A DNA stretch of 64,000 nt from an uncultured delta proteobacterium. GTDB taxonomy: Bacteria > Desulfobacterota > Binatia > UBA9968. The notes under the pieces were generated by a model. The model saw only the letters and a list, made by a program, of their open reading frames with translations. It was not told the origin of the DNA and ran no database searches. Where the stretch lies: contig CAVTUQ010000028.1 of NCBI GenBank assembly GCA_963737905.1, positions 160,001-224,000 on the forward strand, given 5' to 3'. Position numbers and translations under genes: made by a program. Positions 56,723 to 64,000 of this stretch are shown one piece after another; the stretch's first letter is position 1; each line of letters begins with the position of its first letter.

Positions 56723-57478
56723 TCAAGACGAGAGCCGGCTAATGGATTGCCGCACTGTTGGCCGCTGGCCTGATTCGACATCTTCTCGTCGGCGCGCATG
56801 AAACGTCGTGAGCGTTTTGTTGGCGCGCGCGAGGACGGCGATCTGCTCGCAATATTGGTCAAGTTTGCCGCCGGGGAACGCCCACATCGCCATGCTGTCT
56901 GACAACGAATCGAGATAGGCGCGCGCGCCGCAACAACCCAAACTCATCGCCGCGTATCCTTGATTGAGTACCTGAGGGACCACCGCGCAGGCGGGCCGGC
57001 CCATCGCCGGCGGTAGGCCCTTATCGACTCGCCCAGCCGCTTCGCTGAGGATAAGCCCTTGCTGGGCGTGGGCGAACACGAGGACCACTTCAGGGTCAAG
57101 TGGAAAGTCAGCGAGGGGACCGTAGATCACATGCTTTACCTCGCGCTGCACCATCGGGATCGCGGCGACTTCCTCTTCGCGCACGTAGTCGAGCCCGCTC
57201 ATGGCCTCGAGCGTATGCTTGAGCTCAGCATGATGGGCCGGCGAGGGCTGCGCCATATGGTGCGTGTGCACCCCGATTGAACAGAGCTCGTGATCTTTCG
57301 TCGACGTGGCAAATGTGCGGGTCGCCGCTAGCTGCCAAAAGACGCATCCCGCTGGCACGACACCGTTAAACGGAGTGACCCCGGTCGGGATGAATTCACT
57401 AAACGATATGGCTATCGGCGGGAGAGGCAAATCCAAAAAGTGCATCAAGTCATCGGCCAGTTTTCTATAGTTGCTCAT
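56723..57478 (-). CDS. DUF169 family protein
   Basis: PIAI.F, C..W, C.IG, GPL..FP.DPEVV, PACA, SLGC.GAR. Confidence 0.8.
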   Translation of the reverse strand: MSNYRKLADDLMHFLDLPLPPIAISFSEFIPTGVTPFNGVVPAGCVFWQLAATRTFATSTKDHELCSIGVHTHHMAQPSPAHHAELKHTLEAMSGLDYVREEEVAAIPMVQREVKHVIYGPLADFPLDPEVVLVFAHAQQGLILSEAAGRVDKGLPPAMGRPACAVVPQVLNQGYAAMSLGCCGARAYLDSLSDSMAMWAFPGGKLDQYCEQIAVLARANKTLTTFHARRREDVESGQRPTVRQSISRLSS

Positions 57479-57805
57479 TCAGACTTCCTTCCTTGGCAAC
57501 ACGGCCCAACGTCGCAAATCAGCGGTCCCGAGCTTCGGCGGAATTCCAGAAGATTTCAGCATGCAGATCATTTGTTCAGCGCGCCGGCAACGATCCCCAT
57601 GAGTATGAGAGCGGAATCCTATAAGCGGTTGCAGAGTTAAGCAAGTTGCTTTTTACCGACCGGAGGTGCCAACACCGGTGATCGTTACGCTACTGAAGGT
57701 TGACTTTTAGAGTCCATCGTTGTATTCACCAACTCTTAGCGTTGAAGCGAGGCAATGTAATGACGCGTCGAAATAAGACATCTTTATCAAGGAACGGAGG
57801 CACGT

Positions 57806-58870
57806 ATGGATTGCTGCCAAAACTTGACGTCCGATTTTAGTGACGAACCCAAAGCAATCGACCTGGGCAAAGTAATTGGCAGGCGAACGGCGCTAAAGCG
57901 GCTGGCAGGTTTGGCCGGCGGTATCATGTTCGTTTCCGAAAGGCATGCCTATGGCCAAGGCCGCCAGGTGCTCCTCGCCTTCTGCGGACAACTGCTCTGC
58001 GTCGTGCCCTACGAGGTCACCAGAGCGCGCGGGCATTTTGCGGAAGAAGGACTTGATGTCAGGCTGGTCTATACCCGGGGCGGCAACGTCGCCATGCAAG
58101 CACTGGTGGGAAACGCGGTGGATTACGCAGGCACTTCCTTCGACGTAGCGCTTCAGGCTTATGCTCGCGGCGCCAAGATCGCCCGCTTCGCTTCCACCGG
58201 GAGATTACCGCTTTTTGCCCTCGCCGCCGCACCGAAAGCCGCAAAAGAGATACGCAGCCTTAAAGATTTAGAGAACCGCACGGTCGGCATCTCGGCTCTG
58301 GGCAACGCAGAGCACATCTTGCTCATCTATCTTATGAAAAAGGCCGGAGCCGATCCCGACCGCGTGCGCTTCGCGACTCTCGGCACCAACCTTTACGAGC
58401 CGTTGCGGCTTGGACAGATTGATGCGGGTATGGTGCAAGAGCCGGCGTTGACTCTAATCACCGGCGCCGGCGGCAAGGTGATCGCCAATATAATGGATAT
58501 CGAGGAAGCGAACCGCTATCTCGGCGGAGCGTACGAATTTATGGGTGTATCCGTGCGCGCCGAGGAACGTGAGCGGCGCCGCGATGAGATGGGCCGGCTC
58601 GCTCGCGCGCTCGCAAAGGGATTGCGGGACACTCGCACCATACCGACGAGTGATGCTGTTGCTGCGTTGCCTAAAGAACTCATCACGGGAGCTAACCGGG
58701 ACCGGCTAGCTGGGATTCTGGAACGGTACCGGCGATCTCTCTACCCGGACAACGTGAAAATCGATCCCGCTGCCGCCAATCGTGTCGCTGACGCGCATCG
58801 GACCGCGGGCCTGCTGGCTTCGTCTGTCGACTACAAAAATTTACTGGATCTATCTGTCGTCGAGAAATAA
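57806..58870 (+). CDS. NitT/TauT family ABC transporter substrate-binding protein (Tat signal)
   Basis: RRTALK, GHFAEEGLDV, SLKDLE.RTVGI, G.IDAG...EP. Confidence 0.88.
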   Translation: MDCCQNLTSDFSDEPKAIDLGKVIGRRTALKRLAGLAGGIMFVSERHAYGQGRQVLLAFCGQLLCVVPYEVTRARGHFAEEGLDVRLVYTRGGNVAMQALVGNAVDYAGTSFDVALQAYARGAKIARFASTGRLPLFALAAAPKAAKEIRSLKDLENRTVGISALGNAEHILLIYLMKKAGADPDRVRFATLGTNLYEPLRLGQIDAGMVQEPALTLITGAGGKVIANIMDIEEANRYLGGAYEFMGVSVRAEERERRRDEMGRLARALAKGLRDTRTIPTSDAVAALPKELITGANRDRLAGILERYRRSLYPDNVKIDPAAANRVADAHRTAGLLASSVDYKNLLDLSVVEK

Positions 58871-59629
58871 GTGCTCCGCGTCTCAGATCTCGCCTTGGGT
58901 TATGGTGAAGAGCCCATCGTCGAAGGAGTCAGCCTAGAAGTTCCCGGAGGCAAATTCGTGAGTCTGGTTGGACCGTCAGGGTCCGGCAAGACGAGCATCC
59001 TGCGCGCGATCACGGGGCTGCTCACCCCTCGCTCCGGCCATGTGGAATTAAACGGAAGTCAGGAGTCTCTCGGGTTTCTGTTTCAGGACGATGCGCTTTT
59101 GCCGTGGCGGAGCGCACGCGAAAACGTCGCCCTTGGGCTTCGCATCCGGAAGGCTTCGAAAGACATGGCGCTCACCGAGGCCGACGCTTGGCTGGGTCGA
59201 CTCGGGCTTGGGGATTTCGGCGGGCGTTTCCCCCACGAGTTATCGGGCGGTCAAAGAAAGCGCGTCGCCATTGCCCAGGTTCTGGTCTTAAAACCAAAAT
59301 TGCTGCTCATGGATGAGCCCTTCGCCTCGCTGGACGCGATTGTGCGGACCCGACTTACGCAGGAACTGCTGAGCTGGGTTGAGGAGGAGCATTTGAGCGT
59401 GCTCTTGGTGACCCACGACCTCGAAGAGGCGTTAACTGTCTCTGACACCGTCTATCTGCTTTCGCAGGGGCCACGGGCGCGGATTCGAAAATCTTATGCG
59501 GTATCGATTCCGCGGCCTCGAGATCTTCTTGCCACTCGTCAACACCCAAGCTTTGCCCCTCTTCTGGCGGAGCTTTGGAAAGATATGTTCGACGAGGTCG
59601 CACCGCGTCAACACGAGTCAGTGACATGA
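58871..59629 (+). CDS. NitT/TauT family ABC transporter ATP-binding protein
   Basis: GPSGSGKT, LSGGQ, LLMDEPF, VTHD. Confidence 0.93.
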   Translation: MLRVSDLALGYGEEPIVEGVSLEVPGGKFVSLVGPSGSGKTSILRAITGLLTPRSGHVELNGSQESLGFLFQDDALLPWRSARENVALGLRIRKASKDMALTEADAWLGRLGLGDFGGRFPHELSGGQRKRVAIAQVLVLKPKLLLMDEPFASLDAIVRTRLTQELLSWVEEEHLSVLLVTHDLEEALTVSDTVYLLSQGPRARIRKSYAVSIPRPRDLLATRQHPSFAPLLAELWKDMFDEVAPRQHESVT

Positions 59630-60408
59630 CGCGTTATTTAAAAAAACTATGGGTGCGGCGGTGTTTGTCTCTATTTCTTCTCGCTCTTGTCTGGGAAGTG
59701 CTGGCTCGCCGTGGAATCATTGATCCGTTTTACGCTCCACCTCCCAGCGAAATTTTGCGAGTTGTCTACTCATTGTTCGCCGAAGGACGCATTCTCAGCC
59801 ATTTGGAAGCAACCTTCACCGCTGCCCTCGCGGGACTCGTGATCGGTGTCGCGCTTGGGATCATCTGTGGTTTTGCTGCGGCATTAATCCCGTTGGTTGC
59901 TGAGCTCCTTGAGCCTGTCATGATGCTTCTGAACGCCATTCCTCGGGTTATCCTCGCGCCGCTATTTGTGATCTGGCTCGGCATCGAGCTACCGTCGAAG
60001 ATTGCTCTCTCCGTAGTCCTCGTTGCGGTGCTCATATTCTTCGCGGTCTACAGCGGCATCAAGGATGTCAATCAGCTCCTGGTCGACCGGGTGCGGACGC
60101 TTGGCGGCGGGCGAATGATCCTGTTGCGTGAAGTCTACATTCCGTCGGTTACGGCATGGGTGCTCGGCAGCCTCAAGGTGGCGGTCGGCTTCGCGTTTAC
60201 GGGTGCCGTCGTCGGGGAATTTGTTGCGGCCACTCGAGGTCTTGGCTACCTGCTCCAGTTTGCCCAGAGCACCTATAATGCGGCGCTGACCCTGGGGCTC
60301 ATATTTCTCATCATGGCGTTTGTCCTGCTTCTATTCGTATGCGCGGAAGCTTTGGAGCATCGGCTCCTTCGCTGGCGCTACCAGGGCTACAATCAGCAAA
60401 CTTCCTAG
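59626..60408 (+). CDS. NitT/TauT family ABC transporter permease
   Basis: PPPS, NAIPR..LAP, GAVVGEF...GLG. Confidence 0.9.
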   Translation: MTRYLKKLWVRRCLSLFLLALVWEVLARRGIIDPFYAPPPSEILRVVYSLFAEGRILSHLEATFTAALAGLVIGVALGIICGFAAALIPLVAELLEPVMMLLNAIPRVILAPLFVIWLGIELPSKIALSVVLVAVLIFFAVYSGIKDVNQLLVDRVRTLGGGRMILLREVYIPSVTAWVLGSLKVAVGFAFTGAVVGEFVAATRGLGYLLQFAQSTYNAALTLGLIFLIMAFVLLLFVCAEALEHRLLRWRYQGYNQQTS

Positions 60409-60611
60409 CTCTGATCATTCACTCGTGACAACGACGTGACGATTTCGCCTGCTCCGTCAGCGGGGACAGCAACGGAATCCAACTACCGACACGAAGTTTC
60501 CTCGACTATCAGAAACTAATGCATTCATCGGCCGCAGGCTCAGTGAATTACCGTGAGCAACTAATCCCGGCTTTTCGATCGGGGAGCCGGAGCCGGTCAG
60601 GGTCTGGAGGA

Positions 60612-61043
60612 TTATTCTCTCTTCCCTGCGCGGGCCATCAGTAATTGCTCCCGGCATTCTCGCGGCGTTACGATTGGCAACGATGATTGATCGGCAATGT
60701 CGAGAAGGTCTTTATCACCTATGGCCAACAGATCCGCCTGACCGGCGACCGCGGAAGCCAACACCCAACGGTCAGCAGGATCCCGGATCGGAAGATCGGC
60801 GGGGTGAAGAGGCTTGGGAACGATGGTTTGATCTCTGAGCTCGCGTTCGATCTCTTCGATCAGAGCAGGCCGTACTCTAAACGGGCGCCGGCGCAGAACA
60901 GACCGAAGTTCGGCAAGATTGACTTCTCCCGTCAGAAGCGAACATTGCGGATCAGTTAGGATTAGTTCGAGCAGCTCCGCGCAAAATTCTTGACGGGCGG
61001 TATATGCGCTGACAAGCACGTTCGTATCGAGAAATATCCTCAC
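60612..61043 (-). CDS. PIN-domain toxin
   Basis: MRIFLDTNVLVSA, RDP.D...L..A..G.AD....GDKDLL. Confidence 0.9.
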   Translation of the reverse strand: MRIFLDTNVLVSAYTARQEFCAELLELILTDPQCSLLTGEVNLAELRSVLRRRPFRVRPALIEEIERELRDQTIVPKPLHPADLPIRDPADRWVLASAVAGQADLLAIGDKDLLDIADQSSLPIVTPRECREQLLMARAGKRE

Positions 61044-61264
61044 GATACGGCGTTGAAGATGTCCTCATCGGTGAGAATACCGGCCTTAGCTTCAATCTCG
61101 GAGAGAACCGCTTGGCGGGTTTTTCGAAAACGCAGGAGGGCCACCTGGCGCTTGAGAGCATCGCGCGCGATTTCGCTTTTGCTCTGCCTAAGGGATCGTG
61201 ACAGACGCTTCAGTTCACGATCAAGCTTGGCATCGACGCGGATAGTTACCGTGGATGATTTCAT
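61040..61264 (-). CDS. CopG/ribbon-helix-helix antitoxin
   Basis: VTIRVD...L..L.....SKSEIARDAL; overlaps the toxin start. Confidence 0.85.
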   Translation of the reverse strand: MKSSTVTIRVDAKLDRELKRLSRSLRQSKSEIARDALKRQVALLRFRKTRQAVLSEIEAKAGILTDEDIFNAVS

Positions 61265-61407
61265 AGCGGTAATGTAATACGTCTGGCGCGCAGTGGCAAC
61301 TTGTTAGGACCTCTACATGGGGCACCAAAGGTTATCGAAGTATCACGTCGACCTGCTCCTGCACGTTGGAGAGTTGTTTTGATGAGCGCAGAGCTTATAA
61401 CCGTAAT

Positions 61408-61457
61408 GTGGCCAGGGATAGAATCGAACCGCCGATCCGAGAATTTTCAGTCCTCTG
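61408..61457 (-). pseudogene. 3' half of a tRNA-Phe(GAA), degenerate
   Basis: Minus strand CAGAGGA-CTGAAAA-TTCTC-GGATC-GGCGG-TTCGATT-CTATC-CCTGGCCAC; no D-arm or 5' acceptor strand upstream. Confidence 0.75.
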
Positions 61458-61762
61458 ACCGTAGCGAGACTATGTGACACCATTGGTCGCTATTTGTATC
61501 TATTCAAGCGTTTAACGGCGCTTCCAGTCGGTCGATTTTACCGATTCGAACACATAGTAACATATAGTTCTGGCAAAGTTGTGTCGAACACAGCGCCCAG
61601 AACCGAAGTATCGACGTAAAGTTTCACAGTTGATATCATCCTATGCAAGATCGGTAGTGGTGGCAAATCGCGATCGAATGAGCCATCCAAAATCAGAAAT
61701 TAAAGAACCAAAATCGAAGTCGTAAGATGTGGCCGAACAAGGTGCTAGAATAGGATGGTTAG

Positions 61763-62404
<642 letters not shown>

Positions 62405-62406
<2 letters not shown>

Positions 62407-62501
62407 ATTCATGCTCATTATCAACCTGAAGGTTGGCCAAGCAGATCGGCCTGACGATTCCGCCCAACGTGCTGGCGCGGGCGGACAAAGTGATCAGATG
62501 A
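62405..62501 (+). pseudogene. C-terminal remnant of an ABC_sub_bind substrate-binding protein
   Basis: KFMLIINLK / AKQIGLTIPPNVLARADKVIR*. Confidence 0.7.
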
Positions 62502-62660
62502 GCAAGAGGCATGTGGGCGACGGAGGCTGGCTCACTTAGGGCGAGCGGACATCGAATTGAGAATGCACCGGTGACTGAATATGAGATGTTCCAATCTAAC
62601 GTGGCGAATACTCGAACCTTCCGAGCTGACGGCTTATATTGTTATCCTCCACGATTAAAA

Positions 62661-64000
<1,340 letters not shown>

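Overview
A ~55% GC bacterial window, probably from a Ca. Binatia / Deltaproteobacteria-like genome (inferred only from gene and repeat style). It is dominated by a ~47 kb minus-strand surface-polysaccharide cluster (about 4.9-52 kb). In transcription order it encodes a CHASE2 adenylate/guanylate cyclase, FecR protein, outer-membrane beta-barrel, Wza, a split Wzc (GumC-like plus CpsD/CapB kinase), an O-antigen-ligase-TPR fusion, Wzm/Wzt, many GT2/GT4 and methyltransferases, Wzy, AsnB, a carbamoyltransferase, gmd/fcl and a priming sugar transferase. The 12-32 kb block is full of frameshifts, which may be long-read errors. The flanks hold metabolic genes, an ABC transporter, toxin-antitoxin (TA) genes, a tRNA-Phe 3' remnant and a partial GAF histidine kinase. 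The most striking feature is at least eight sequence-unrelated families of degenerate 7-nt tandem repeats. They form inverted arms at many stop/start junctions and bracket four four-helix-bundle (23S-IVP/Avd-like) genes, each protein subtype with its own heptamer family. They also enclose a 3.4-kb array of orphan antitoxins whose toxins are cut off at the repeats, and they are inserted inside wzt, asnB and the carbamoyltransferase. All calls are made by eye from motifs; no database searches were run.
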